Shown piece by piece: positions 18,645 to 28,806 of a stretch of DNA of 64,000 nt; the stretch's first letter is position 1; each line of letters starts with the position of its first letter. The translations under genes were made by a program, and so were the position numbers. Source of the stretch: Alphaproteobacteria bacterium (lineage in GTDB: Bacteria; Pseudomonadota; Alphaproteobacteria; SP197); contig OZ245842.1 in the NCBI GenBank assembly GCA_965228895.1, forward strand, positions 800,001 through 864,000. The letters are read 5' to 3'. Under the pieces are notes generated by a model. That model was given only the letters and a program-made list of their open reading frames with translations, made no database searches and was not told the origin of the DNA.

Positions 18645-19682
18645 ATGGGTTACAAAATGGCAGTTGCTGGCGCCACGGGCGCGGTCGGCAACGAAATGCT
18701 GCAGATCCTCGCCGAGCGGAACTTCCCGGTCGACGACATGGTGGCACTCGCCTCGTCCAACTCGGTTGGACGCGAAGTGTCGTTTGGCGAAGACCACACG
18801 CTGAAGGTCCAGGACCTCGCCACCTTCGACTTCAAGGGCACCGAGTTGGCGCTCTTCTCGCCGGGCGCGAAGGTATCCGACGAGCACGCGCCGCGCGCCG
18901 CTGCTGCCGATTGCATCGTCATCGATAACACGTCGCGTTTTCGTTACGACGAGGATATCCCGCTCGTCGTGCCGGAAGTGAACGCCGAGGCGCTGGCCGG
19001 GTACGAGAACCGTTACATCATCTCCAACCCCAACTGCTCGACGATCCAGATGCTGGTGGCGCTCAAGCCGCTGCACGATCTGGCGACCGTCAAGCGCGTC
19101 GTCGTCGCGACCTACCAGTCGGTCGGTGGTGCCGGCAAGAAGGGCATGGACGAGCTCTACCTGCAGACCAAGAACAAGTTCTGGAACGAGACGTCGGAGC
19201 CCGACGCTTTCCAGAAGGAGATTGCGTTCAACTGCATTCCCCAGATCGACATCTTCATGGATGACGGTTCGACCAAGGAAGAATGGAAGATGGTGGTCGA
19301 GACGCAGAAGATCCTGGATCCAGCGATCAAGGTGCAGGCCACCTGCGTGCGCGTGCCTGTCTTTGTCGGCCACGCCGAGGCTGTGAACGTGGAGCTTGCT
19401 TCACCGCTGTCGGCCGACGATGCGCGTGAACAGCTCCGGGAATCCGACGGCATCGTGGTCTTGGACGAACGGGTGCCCGGCGGTTACATCACCCCGAAGG
19501 AATGCGCCGGCGAGGACGCGGTCTATGTCAGCCGTATCCGCAACGACCCGACGATCGAGAACGGGCTCTCGATGTGGGTCGTCTCGGATAATCTGCGCAA
19601 GGGCGCCGCACTTAACGCCGTGCAGATTGCCGAAGAGATGGACCGCCGGTTCCTGAAGGGCGCGTTGCCGAAGGCCAGTTGA
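18645..19682 (+). CDS. asd: Aspartate-semialdehyde dehydrogenase
   Basis: GATGAVG, IDNTSRFR, SNPNCSTIQM, CVRVPVFVGH, DNLRKGAALNAVQIAE. Confidence 0.98.
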   Translation: MGYKMAVAGATGAVGNEMLQILAERNFPVDDMVALASSNSVGREVSFGEDHTLKVQDLATFDFKGTELALFSPGAKVSDEHAPRAAAADCIVIDNTSRFRYDEDIPLVVPEVNAEALAGYENRYIISNPNCSTIQMLVALKPLHDLATVKRVVVATYQSVGGAGKKGMDELYLQTKNKFWNETSEPDAFQKEIAFNCIPQIDIFMDDGSTKEEWKMVVETQKILDPAIKVQATCVRVPVFVGHAEAVNVELASPLSADDAREQLRESDGIVVLDERVPGGYITPKECAGEDAVYVSRIRNDPTIENGLSMWVVSDNLRKGAALNAVQIAEEMDRRFLKGALPKAS

Positions 19683-19718
19683 CGACGTCGGCTGCGGACG
19701 GTTGAACGGGTGGGCGCC

Positions 19719-20120
19719 TTAGAAAGCGCCCTTCCATTGCTCCGTGTCGACGAACCAGCGCTCCTCAAAGACCTTGCCGTTGCTGAGCTTGAACAACACC
19801 GCGAGCTGGCTGCCTTCCGGCACCTTCTCGCTTGTCCATTCGATGATGGAGACAACTTCGTCGCTGTCGCCAATCTGACGGATTGAGGAAAACGCGAACC
19901 CGGGCGGCAAGGCGGCACCGATGTTCTCGAGCGCACTGCGAAACCCTGCTTTGCCTTCGATCACATCGTTTTGGCCGGGTATGACAAAAATCATGTCGTC
20001 GGTGTAGTCGGCGATCAGCGTGTCCCAATCGCCTCGTAGAACTGCTTCCCATCCCCGCTTCACGATGTCTGCATCACTTGCCCCGTGATCAACGGAATGC
20101 GACGGTTGTGCGTTGGACAT
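19719..20120 (-). CDS. NTF2/SnoaL-like small protein
   Basis: 133 aa; 'GDWDTLIADYTDD...LFKLSNGKVFEERWFVD' pattern typical of the NTF2 fold. Confidence 0.75.
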   Translation of the reverse strand: MSNAQPSHSVDHGASDADIVKRGWEAVLRGDWDTLIADYTDDMIFVIPGQNDVIEGKAGFRSALENIGAALPPGFAFSSIRQIGDSDEVVSIIEWTSEKVPEGSQLAVLFKLSNGKVFEERWFVDTEQWKGAF

Positions 20121-20291
20121 TTCCTGGCTCCTATCGTTACGACCGATGTGTCAGCGTAGTTCGGCGGTTGGCAGTCGGATATCCGGCCGATGATGTATTT
20201 TGGCTCCATCAAATGCAGTATTCTGCCTACGGCGTCTGCGCTGAATGCGGATCGATGAGCTGGCAGGTCCGACAGAAATCGGGGAGGAAAC

Positions 20292-21728
20292 TTGGAAAAT
20301 CCCACGCCTCCGTATGAGCGGCTAAGCCGCAGGGAGAAGGAGATTGCGACCGCATTCTCTGGCGGGGAGAACCATCACCAGATTGCCGAACGGCTTTGCA
20401 TCGCGCCTTCCACGGTTCGCACGCATCTGGCGTCGATCTACCGAAAGCTTGAGGTCTCGTCGAAGCTGGAGCTTCACAAATCGCTTGAAGGTGGCGGTTC
20501 GAAACGAGTCGGGTCGGATACCGCACTTCCGGTTATCTCGGACAGACCTTCGATTGCCGTTTTGCCGTTCGCCAGCATGTCAGACGATCCCGATCAGGGA
20601 TACTTTGCCGAGGGAATCGCAGAAGACATCATCACCGCGCTGTCGAGGATCAAGTGGTTCTTCGTGACCGCGAAGCTCTCAAGCTTTTCCTACGAGGGCC
20701 GTGCCGTCGACGTGAAGCAAATCGGAAGCGAGCTCGGCGTGCGCTACATCTTGGAGGGTAGCGTTCGCAAATCCGGTCTTCGCGTCCGTGTTACCGCCCA
20801 ACTGGTCGACTCATCGAACGGTGAGCATGTCTGGGCGGAACGGTATGATCGCGAAATCAGCGACATTTTTGACATCCAAGACGAGATAACCCGCAATGTC
20901 GTCGCAAGCACGCAAACCCAAGTTGCGTTAGCCGAAGCGTCCCTGTTCGCAGACTTGGAGAAACCGTCCTTGCCCGTCTGGGCGCTGGTCAATCGATCTT
21001 GGAAGCTCATGTACGACATGACCGCTGACTCCTTGCTGGAAGGTCGGCGTTTGGCTGAAGAAGCCATTGCCATGGATCCAGGCAGTGGCCGCGCCCATCA
21101 GGTTTTGGCAGCCCACTTCTGGCACTGGTATTGGATGGGTTTTGCCGACGACCGAAGAAAGACCCTTGATGAAGGCAGGAAAGCGGCAGAGCGGGCCATT
21201 CGCCTCAACGAGTATGACGAGTATTCCCATTGGCTGCTCGGTCTGCATCAGATGACCGATCATAACTTCGATATGGCGGTGGCGGAGCTAAAGCGCGCTA
21301 TTGAGATCAACTCCAACTGCTCATTGGCCTATGGCAGCCTTGCCACGGTTCTTAACTTTGCGGGGCAACCAGAAGAGGCGATCACCAACAATTTGATTGC
21401 GGTTCGTTCCAATCCTCGCGATCCGAGCATTTTCTATCGGCATACCGGACTGGCGTTGTCGCACTTCTTGCTGAACGACTATGAGGCGGCGATCGGATGG
21501 GCTCGACAGTCGGTTCTATTCAAGCCGGACTGGTTCCAGGGGCATGTCGTACTGATTGCGGCACTCGTTGAATCCAACCAGATCGGGGCCGCTAAGATAG
21601 CCTTTAGCGATTACTTGAGACATTTCCCCAAAGCATCGCGCGACGAGGTCTTGGGCCTGCCTTTTAAAGACCCCGAACCCGGTCTGCGGTTGGTCAAGTC
21701 TCTGGAAAAGGCGGGCTTGCAAGGGTAA
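20292..21728 (+). CDS. LuxR-type HTH + TolB-like + TPR regulator
   Basis: LSRREKEI..IAERLCIAPSTVRTHLASIYRKL; RPSIAVLPF, GVRYILEGSVR, WAERYDR; C-terminal TPR-like helices; TTG start after GGGGAGGA. Confidence 0.85.
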   Translation: MENPTPPYERLSRREKEIATAFSGGENHHQIAERLCIAPSTVRTHLASIYRKLEVSSKLELHKSLEGGGSKRVGSDTALPVISDRPSIAVLPFASMSDDPDQGYFAEGIAEDIITALSRIKWFFVTAKLSSFSYEGRAVDVKQIGSELGVRYILEGSVRKSGLRVRVTAQLVDSSNGEHVWAERYDREISDIFDIQDEITRNVVASTQTQVALAEASLFADLEKPSLPVWALVNRSWKLMYDMTADSLLEGRRLAEEAIAMDPGSGRAHQVLAAHFWHWYWMGFADDRRKTLDEGRKAAERAIRLNEYDEYSHWLLGLHQMTDHNFDMAVAELKRAIEINSNCSLAYGSLATVLNFAGQPEEAITNNLIAVRSNPRDPSIFYRHTGLALSHFLLNDYEAAIGWARQSVLFKPDWFQGHVVLIAALVESNQIGAAKIAFSDYLRHFPKASRDEVLGLPFKDPEPGLRLVKSLEKAGLQG

Positions 21729-21802
21729 TCCTCAATTCGGCCGGGGATCACCTGCTTCTTCAACACGGTCAGGTTCGCAGAAATCTAAGTATGGCGACGG
21801 CC

Positions 21803-22252
21803 TTATGCGTTCACGTCCCCTTGCCACTGAGCCAGCTCGACCGTGACGCCTCCGGGGCCATCCAGGAAGACGAGTTTGCGGTCGTGGTAGTTCAGGATGT
21901 CGCCACGGGTCTTGAAGCCGTTGGCGCGGATCTTCTCGACCAGCGCGTCGACATCGTCGACGGCGTAGCAGACGTGGTTGTAGCCGAGCTTGGCGAGATT
22001 GCGGATTTCCGGATCGACTACCGCATCGGGGTGCTGGTAGTGGACGAGCTGCACATCGAAACGCGGCGATGACCCCGGCATAAGCATAGTGACGTGGTTG
22101 GCCTCGATGCCGTCGACGCCCATGTAATCGGCGAACGTCTTGCCTTTGATGACGGAGTTGTGCTCGACCTCGAAACCGAGAACGCTGAAGAACGCCTTGG
22201 CGCGGTCCAGATCGTTCACCACGATCGAGACGTGGTCCATGCTGCGGATCAT
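21803..22252 (-). CDS. VOC/glyoxalase family protein
   Basis: MDHVSIVVNDL, GYNHVCYAVDD, GPGGVTVEL. Confidence 0.88.
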   Translation of the reverse strand: MIRSMDHVSIVVNDLDRAKAFFSVLGFEVEHNSVIKGKTFADYMGVDGIEANHVTMLMPGSSPRFDVQLVHYQHPDAVVDPEIRNLAKLGYNHVCYAVDDVDALVEKIRANGFKTRGDILNYHDRKLVFLDGPGGVTVELAQWQGDVNA

Positions 22253-22317
22253 CACGTGCTCCCTATCGTCGGCTGGGGTCATGAGAATAGTGCCGCGGGT
22301 CCTTCACGGCAACGCGC

Positions 22318-23163
22318 TCAAGCCATGGCGGTGACGGGTACGCGGGCCGATGGCGAGACGATTTCGTTGCGGGCGGCGACCAAGGCAATCTCCGGCAGGC
22401 CGAGCTCAACGGTCTTGCGCAACACGCCGTGGGTCGATGCCAGCGCGTGGGCCAGGCAATCTTCGGTCGGTTCGCCGTTGAGCGCCGCAGCTGTATAGAT
22501 TGCGGCGAACAGATCGCCGGCGCCATCAACCGGCACGTCCAGGCGGGCGACTTCGGCCTGCCAGGCGCCCCTGCCGTCGACCACGACCACGGGGATCGTA
22601 TCGGGGAAGTCGGCGCGTGCCTCAAGCGAGGTGACGATGACGGCTTCGGGGCCCATCGCGCGAATCTCCTGGGCGGCCTCACGAGCCTCGGCGATGGTGC
22701 CAATCGGCCGTCCGACCAGAAATTCGAGCTCCATGTGATTGGGATACAGGATATCGGCGCGCGGCACGATGTGGTCGCGCAGGTATTCCGGCACCTTCGG
22801 CGCGACAAAAAAGCCGTCCTCGTTGCCCATGACGGGGTCGCAGGCATAGATCGCCTTGGGATTTTGCGCCCGTAGCGTGTCGAGTGCGTGCAGCACCACT
22901 TTGCCCAGTTCCGGACCGCCGATAAAGCCGGTCAGAAGCGCCCCGCAGTCGCTCAGGCCGCGCTCGGCGACGCCGTCGACCAGATCGTGAACCCAGTTGT
23001 GGTCCAGCGGCTTACCTTTGAACGTATCCCATCCCAGGTGGTTCGAAAACACGACGGTTGGCACCGCGTCGACCTCGAAACCAAGGAGCTGGAGAGGTAA
23101 GACGGCGGCATTGAGACCGACATGCCCCCGGGCCACCAGGGACTGGATTGTGAGAACGTCCAT
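22318..23163 (-). CDS. pdxY: Pyridoxal kinase (PdxY/PdxK family)
   Basis: IQSLVARGHVG, FSNH, CDPVMG, PNHMEL, GAGDLF. Confidence 0.88.
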   Translation of the reverse strand: MDVLTIQSLVARGHVGLNAAVLPLQLLGFEVDAVPTVVFSNHLGWDTFKGKPLDHNWVHDLVDGVAERGLSDCGALLTGFIGGPELGKVVLHALDTLRAQNPKAIYACDPVMGNEDGFFVAPKVPEYLRDHIVPRADILYPNHMELEFLVGRPIGTIAEAREAAQEIRAMGPEAVIVTSLEARADFPDTIPVVVVDGRGAWQAEVARLDVPVDGAGDLFAAIYTAAALNGEPTEDCLAHALASTHGVLRKTVELGLPEIALVAARNEIVSPSARVPVTAMA

Positions 23164-23241
23164 GAATTTGCAATGCCCGGGCGGTTGTCCGGAGAAGACC
23201 CATCACTATAGTAGCGCGCGGTTCAGTTCAGGAGGCAAGAC

Positions 23242-24126
23242 ATGCCGCGTACAGTAAGACCGCGTCGAAGCGTACTCTACATGCCGGGATCTAATCCCCG
23301 CGCGCTCGAAAAGGCAAGAGATCTCGCTGCCGACACGCTGATTTTGGACCTGGAGGATGCTGTCGCTCCCGACGCCAAGGAGAAAGCGCGCGTCCTCGTC
23401 TGTAGCGCGCTGACCGAAGGCGGGTTCGGCAAGCGCGAGCTGGTGGTGCGGATCAACGGTCTGGCGACGCCCTGGGGTCGCGACGACATCATCGCGGTGT
23501 CGCGCTGCCGTCCCCATGCGCTGTTGCTGCCAAAGGTCGAGGGCGCCGGGTACATCCGCGAGGTCCTGTCGATCATGGACGTCGCCGGTGCTCCGCCAGA
23601 GACCGCCATCTGGTGCATGATGGAGACGCCGCTGGGCATCTTGCACGCCGAGCGTATCGCTTCGGCCAGCCCGCGTATCGGAAGCTTCGTCATGGGCACG
23701 TCCGATCTGACGAAGGACCTGCAGGCCCAGCACACCCGCAGCCGTGTGCCGATGCTGACGGGCTTGAGCCTGTGTCTGCTGGCCGCGCGCGCCTTCGACA
23801 TCAGCATTATCGACGGCGTTCATCTGGCGCTCGATGACATGGAGAGTTTCGAAGCCGCGTGCGAGCAGGGCCACGAGATGGGCTTCGACGGCAAGACCTT
23901 GATTCACCCCAAGCAGATCGATATCGCCAATCGCGTGTTCGGTCCCAGCGACGAAGAAGTTGCCTGGGCGCAGCGCATTATCGAGGCCCACGAAGAGGCC
24001 TCGGAGACCGGCAAGGGTGTTGTCGTGCTTGATGGCAGACTGATCGAGAACCTGCATGTTCAGGATGCGCAACGCACCATCGCGTTGGCGAAGGCGATTG
24101 CCGAGCGGGAGGCTCCCGCCGCATGA
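23242..24126 (+). CDS. mcl2: CitE-family CoA ester lyase/thioesterase, (3S)-malyl-CoA thioesterase-like
   Basis: RSVLYMPGS, DLEDAV, MMET, MGFDGKTLIHP, IENLH; recalled similarity to Rhodobacter Mcl2; adjacent to mch. Confidence 0.75.
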   Translation: MPRTVRPRRSVLYMPGSNPRALEKARDLAADTLILDLEDAVAPDAKEKARVLVCSALTEGGFGKRELVVRINGLATPWGRDDIIAVSRCRPHALLLPKVEGAGYIREVLSIMDVAGAPPETAIWCMMETPLGILHAERIASASPRIGSFVMGTSDLTKDLQAQHTRSRVPMLTGLSLCLLAARAFDISIIDGVHLALDDMESFEAACEQGHEMGFDGKTLIHPKQIDIANRVFGPSDEEVAWAQRIIEAHEEASETGKGVVVLDGRLIENLHVQDAQRTIALAKAIAEREAPAA

Positions 24127-25178
24127 GTTGGACGCCGGAAGGGAACTTTTTCGAGGATTTCGTGCCCGGCACCGTGCTGAAGCACGCCACGCCGCGCACG
24201 GTGACGACGGGCGACGTCGCGCTCTACACGGCGCTGACCGGGTCGCGTTTCGCGATCAACTCGGCCGATACCTTCGCCCAGCAACTGGGCCTTCTGGGCA
24301 GTCCGCTGGACGATATCCTCGTGTTCAACATCGTCTTCGGCAAGACGGTGCCGGATATCTCGCTCAATGCGATCGCCAATCTGGGTTATGCGTCAGGCCG
24401 TTTCGGCAAGCCGGTCTATCCCGGCGACACGCTGAAGACGGAAAGCCGCGTCATCGGCCGCCGCGAGCTCTCCAACGGCAAGGCGGGCATCGTGTGGGTG
24501 CGTTCGATCGGCACCAACCAGTTCAAGAAGAAGGTTCTGGACTATGTGCGATGGGTCATGGTCAACAAAAAGGACCCGGAGAGCCCCGCGCCTGAGTCCG
24601 AAGTGCCCGATCTGCCGCAGGCCGTCGGTGGGCAGGACCTCACCGTGCCCAAGGGGCTTGATCTGGCGGCTTACGATACGGTCGCCGCTGGCGACGATCG
24701 GCTATGGGACGATTTCAACGTTGGCGACCGCATCGACCACGTCGACGGCATGACCCTGGAGGAGGCCGAGCACCAGATGGCGACGCGGCTCTACCAGAAC
24801 ACCGCCAAAGTCCACTTCAACCAGCATCAGGCCCACGACACCCGCTTCGGTCGGCGCATCGTCTATGGCGGCCACGTGATCAGCCTGGCCCGCGCACTCA
24901 GCTTCAACGGTCTGGCGAACGCGTTTCGCGTTGCCGCCATCAATGGCGGGCGCCATGTCGCGCCGTTTTTCGCCGGTGACACGCTTTATGCCTGGTCCCA
25001 GGTGCTGGACAAGGCCGAGATCGAGGGCCGGCAGGACGTCGGTGCGCTCAGGATCCGTATGATTGGCGTCAAGGACCATTTAAGTGGTGATTATCCCGAT
25101 AAGGATGGCGATGACGAAGACCATCCCGGCGTTGTCCTGGATTTCGACATGTGGGTCCTGATGCCACGCGCCGTGTGA
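24123..25178 (+). CDS. mch: Mesaconyl-CoA hydratase (double MaoC)
   Basis: GNFFEDF, FGKTVPDISLNAIANLGY, RLYQNTAKVHF, YGGHVISLARALSFNGL. Confidence 0.88.
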   Translation: MSWTPEGNFFEDFVPGTVLKHATPRTVTTGDVALYTALTGSRFAINSADTFAQQLGLLGSPLDDILVFNIVFGKTVPDISLNAIANLGYASGRFGKPVYPGDTLKTESRVIGRRELSNGKAGIVWVRSIGTNQFKKKVLDYVRWVMVNKKDPESPAPESEVPDLPQAVGGQDLTVPKGLDLAAYDTVAAGDDRLWDDFNVGDRIDHVDGMTLEEAEHQMATRLYQNTAKVHFNQHQAHDTRFGRRIVYGGHVISLARALSFNGLANAFRVAAINGGRHVAPFFAGDTLYAWSQVLDKAEIEGRQDVGALRIRMIGVKDHLSGDYPDKDGDDEDHPGVVLDFDMWVLMPRAV

Positions 25179-25305
25179 CCGGCTTTGGCCGCGCCTGGTT
25201 CGTTGACGCTTCCAGGGACCGGACCTAAAGTCGTAGCGTTATTTTGCAGTGCAGCATGACGAGAATCGCCGTCGGCTGTCGAAAAGGAATGTGAACGGAC
25301 GACCC

Positions 25306-25704
25306 ATGGCAGAAACACCTGAACGGCCGTTATCGCCGCATTTTCAGATCTACCGGCCGCAGATTACGTCGGTCTTGTCGATTACCCATCGAATCACGGG
25401 GCTGATTCTGTCCCTGGGCGCGCTGTTTCTGGTCATTTGGCTCGTGCTCGCGGCATCCGGTGAGGTCGCGTTCCGGGCCGGCCAGGCTATTGCGGGATCA
25501 TGGCTGGGTTACGCCTTCCTGATCCTGTTCTCCTTGTGTCTGTTTTATCATCTGTTGAACGGCATCCGGCATCTGTTCTGGGACATGGGCCACGGCTTTG
25601 AACTGCCGACCGTGACGCGCACCGGATGGGCCGTTGTCATCGGCACGTTTATCTTGACCGCCATCGCCTGGTTCTTCGGTCTGACCGCCATGGGGGCCTT
25701 GTGA
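25306..25704 (+). CDS. sdhC: Succinate dehydrogenase cytochrome b556 subunit
   Basis: RPLSPH, SITHRITG, HLLNGIRHLFWD. Confidence 0.96.
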   Translation: MAETPERPLSPHFQIYRPQITSVLSITHRITGLILSLGALFLVIWLVLAASGEVAFRAGQAIAGSWLGYAFLILFSLCLFYHLLNGIRHLFWDMGHGFELPTVTRTGWAVVIGTFILTAIAWFFGLTAMGAL

Positions 25705-26066
25705 TGGATAGCCGTCATCTAAGACGTATGGGTTCGGCGAAGTCTGGTATGCGCCATTGGTGGTACCAGCGGCTGACCGCGATTGCGATGATCCCGTTGG
25801 TCATCTTCTTCGTCGGCCTGCTGCCTCAGTTGGCAGACGCCAGCTACAACGAATTCCGGGCCCTGGTCGGCTACCCGGTTGTCGCGGTGTTGTTCGCGCT
25901 GATCGTCGGTGTCGGCTTGTGGCACATGAAGCTGGGCGTCCAGGTGGTGATCGAGGACTACATTCATCACGAAGCCTGGAAGATGGCGCTTCAAATTTTG
26001 CTCACGCTCGGAACCGGCCTGTTGTTGGTTGCTGGCATCATGTCGATCGTTCTGATCGCCGTCTAA
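25704..26066 (+). CDS. sdhD: Succinate dehydrogenase membrane anchor
   Basis: GSAKSG..HWWYQRLTA, HMKLGVQVVIEDY. Confidence 0.96.
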   Translation: MDSRHLRRMGSAKSGMRHWWYQRLTAIAMIPLVIFFVGLLPQLADASYNEFRALVGYPVVAVLFALIVGVGLWHMKLGVQVVIEDYIHHEAWKMALQILLTLGTGLLLVAGIMSIVLIAV

Positions 26067-26084
26067 GACAGGAAAGGTCTCAGC

Positions 26085-27884
26085 ATGGCGGAAGCCTCGC
26101 CCAGCTATACGATTGTCGACCATACCTATGACGTTATTGTCGTCGGCGCCGGCGGTGCCGGCTTGCGCGCGACATTGGGGCTTGCCGAGGCGGGTCTGCA
26201 CACCGCCTGCCTCACCAAGGTGTTCCCGACCCGCAGTCACACGGTTGCCGCGCAAGGCGGCATCTCGGCAGCGCTCGGCAACATGGGCCGCGACGACTGG
26301 CGGTTCCACATGTACGACACGGTCAAGGGCTCGGACTGGCTGGGCGACCAGGACGCGATCGAGTACATGTGCCGCGAGGCGCCTGCCGCCGTCATCGAGC
26401 TGGAGCACTATGGCGTCCCGTTCTCGCGCACGCCCGAAGGCAAGATTTACCAACGCGCCTTTGGCGGCATGACGACTGATTATGGCGAGGGCACCGCGCA
26501 ACGCACCTGCGCCGCTGCCGATCGCACCGGTCATGCCATCCTGCACACGCTTTACCAGCAATCGCTGCGTTATCAGGCCCAGTTCTTCCTGGAGTACTTC
26601 GCGCTCGATCTCATTATGGATGACGACGGCGCGTGCCGAGGCGTCATGGCCTGGTGCCTGGAAGACGGCACGCTGCACCGCTTCAATGCCGAACTGACTA
26701 TCCTGGCGACCGGCGGATACGGCCGCTGCTACTTCTCTTGCACCTCTGCCCATACCTGTACCGGCGACGGTGGCGGCATGGTGTTGCGCGCCGGCCTGCC
26801 GATCCAGGATCCGGAGTTCGTGCAGTTTCACCCGACCGGCATCTATGGCGCCGGCGTGCTGATCACCGAAGGCGTACGCGGCGAGGGCGGTTACCTCGTC
26901 AATTCCGAAGGCGAGCGTTTTATGGAACGCCACGCGCCGCATGCCAAAGACTTGGCGAGCCGCGATGTGGTCAGCCGTGCGATGACCATCGAGATTCGTG
27001 AGGGCCGCGGGGTCGGGGAGGAGAACGACCACGTGCTCCTGAAGCTCGATCACCTGGACCCGGCGATCATTCACCAGCGCCTGCCGGGCATCTCGGAAAG
27101 CGCGCGGGTCTTCTCCGGCGTCGATGTGACGAAGGAACCGATCCCGGTGCTGCCGACCGTGCATTACAACATGGGCGGCATCCCGACCAACTTCCACGGC
27201 GAGGTCTTGACCATTCGCGACGGCGATCCCAATGCCGTGGTGCCCGGCCTGATGGCGGCGGGCGAGGCGGCTTGCGTTTCCGTCCACGGCGCCAACCGGC
27301 TGGGGTCGAACTCGTTGCTTGACCTCGTTGTCTTCGGCCGTGCTACCGCCCAGCGTGCCGCCGAGCTGGTCGAGCCGCATGCCACCAAGCGCGAGCTGCC
27401 GGCTGATGCGGGCCAGGCGACACTCGACCGCTTTGACCGGATGCGCCACGCCAAGGGCGGCACGCCGACAGCGGCGATCCGCGATGCCATGCAGCGGACC
27501 ATGCAGAAAGATGCTGCCGTCTTCCGTACCCAGGAAACGCTTGAGCAGGGCGTGCAGAACATCGGCGAGGTCTATAACAGCTTCGACGACCTCCACGTCT
27601 CCGATCAGTCGATGATCTGGAACACCGATCTGATGGAGACCTGGGAACTCGACAACCTGTTGCGTCACGCAGTCATCACCATGAACTGCGCGGAGAACCG
27701 CAAGGAAAGCCGCGGCGCCCACGCGCGCGAGGACTTCCCCGACCGCGACGACGACAACTGGATGAAACACACGGTGGTGTGGCTCGGCGATGACGGCAAA
27801 CCGGTCATCGACTACCGCCCGGTCCACATGAACACGCTGACAAACGACGTGCAGAGTTTCCCGCCGAAGGCGCGGGTCTACTGA
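26085..27884 (+). CDS. sdhA: Succinate dehydrogenase flavoprotein
   Basis: [48 protein letters not shown]. Confidence 0.99.
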   Translation: MAEASPSYTIVDHTYDVIVVGAGGAGLRATLGLAEAGLHTACLTKVFPTRSHTVAAQGGISAALGNMGRDDWRFHMYDTVKGSDWLGDQDAIEYMCREAPAAVIELEHYGVPFSRTPEGKIYQRAFGGMTTDYGEGTAQRTCAAADRTGHAILHTLYQQSLRYQAQFFLEYFALDLIMDDDGACRGVMAWCLEDGTLHRFNAELTILATGGYGRCYFSCTSAHTCTGDGGGMVLRAGLPIQDPEFVQFHPTGIYGAGVLITEGVRGEGGYLVNSEGERFMERHAPHAKDLASRDVVSRAMTIEIREGRGVGEENDHVLLKLDHLDPAIIHQRLPGISESARVFSGVDVTKEPIPVLPTVHYNMGGIPTNFHGEVLTIRDGDPNAVVPGLMAAGEAACVSVHGANRLGSNSLLDLVVFGRATAQRAAELVEPHATKRELPADAGQATLDRFDRMRHAKGGTPTAAIRDAMQRTMQKDAAVFRTQETLEQGVQNIGEVYNSFDDLHVSDQSMIWNTDLMETWELDNLLRHAVITMNCAENRKESRGAHAREDFPDRDDDNWMKHTVVWLGDDGKPVIDYRPVHMNTLTNDVQSFPPKARVY

Positions 27885-27911
27885 GCGGCGGCGACACAGG
27901 AGACAGATCCC

Positions 27912-28694
27912 ATGGCCGAGTTTCGACTGCCGCGCAATTCGCGATGGAGCGACGGCAAGACCCATAAAGCGCCGGATGGTGCCACCGACGTCAAGTCGTT
28001 CCGCGTCTACCGTTACGACCCCGACAGTGGCGACAACCCGACGGTCGACACGTTCGAGGTGGACTTGAACAAATGCGGGCCGATGGTTCTGGACGCGCTG
28101 ATCAAGATCAAAAACGAGACAGACGCTTCGCTGACGTTCCGCCGCTCATGCCGCGAAGGCATCTGCGGTTCCTGCGCCATGAACATCGACGGCACTAACA
28201 CACTGGCTTGTCTGAAGCCGATCGACGACGTCAAGGACGACGTCAAGATCTTTCCGCTGCCGCACATGGCGGTGGTCAAGGACCTGGTGCCCGACCTCAA
28301 CCACATGTACGAGCAGTTGGCGTCGATCAAGCCGTGGATGCGCAACGACACGCCGGCCTCGCCGGATAAGGAGCGGCTGCAGTCCCCGGAAGAGCGTGCG
28401 CAGCTCGACGGCCTCTATGAATGCATTCTCTGCTTCTGTTGCCAGACCAGTTGCCCGAGCTACTGGTGGAACTCCGACCGCTACCTCGGCCCCGCGGTTC
28501 TGTTGCAGGCCTATCGCTGGCTGGCCGATAGCCGCGATGAGGCAACCGGTGAGCGGCTCGATGAGCTGGAAGATCCGTTCAAGCTCTACCGCTGCCACAC
28601 CATCATGAACTGCGCCAAGGCCTGTCCGAAACATCTGAACCCGGCCAAGGCGATCGCCGAGACCAAAAAGATGATGGTCGAGCGGCAGGGATAG
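27912..28694 (+). CDS. sdhB: Succinate dehydrogenase iron-sulfur subunit
   Basis: [36 protein letters not shown]. Confidence 0.99.
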   Translation: MAEFRLPRNSRWSDGKTHKAPDGATDVKSFRVYRYDPDSGDNPTVDTFEVDLNKCGPMVLDALIKIKNETDASLTFRRSCREGICGSCAMNIDGTNTLACLKPIDDVKDDVKIFPLPHMAVVKDLVPDLNHMYEQLASIKPWMRNDTPASPDKERLQSPEERAQLDGLYECILCFCCQTSCPSYWWNSDRYLGPAVLLQAYRWLADSRDEATGERLDELEDPFKLYRCHTIMNCAKACPKHLNPAKAIAETKKMMVERQG

Positions 28695-28753
28695 CCGAGG
28701 CTCGTCAAACGGCGCCGAGGTCCAAAGAACGGCCTCAACTCAGCAATGACGCG

Positions 28754-28781
28754 TTCCGGCTCGCGCTTCGCTTGGCCGGGG
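28754..28781. repeat. Short GC hairpin between convergent sdhB and cyclase genes (possible REP half-element or terminator)
   Basis: TTCCGGCTCGCGCTTCGCTTGGCCGGGG can fold into a stem-loop; no U-tract. Confidence 0.3.
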
Positions 28782-28806
28782 TGCGGGTGCAGTTTGTGGT
28801 TGGGCG

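Noticed and set aside
18240-19373. 377-aa minus-strand ORF spanning the asd leader
   Set aside because: Antisense to asd; the region is better explained by the plus-strand leader peptide and attenuator.
25719-27965. Long antisense ORFs (748 aa opposite sdhA; similarly 10010-11548, 48416-49540, 60770-62002 and others)
   Set aside because: Shadow frames of strongly codon-biased high-GC genes; no recognisable motifs, and they fully overlap confident genes.
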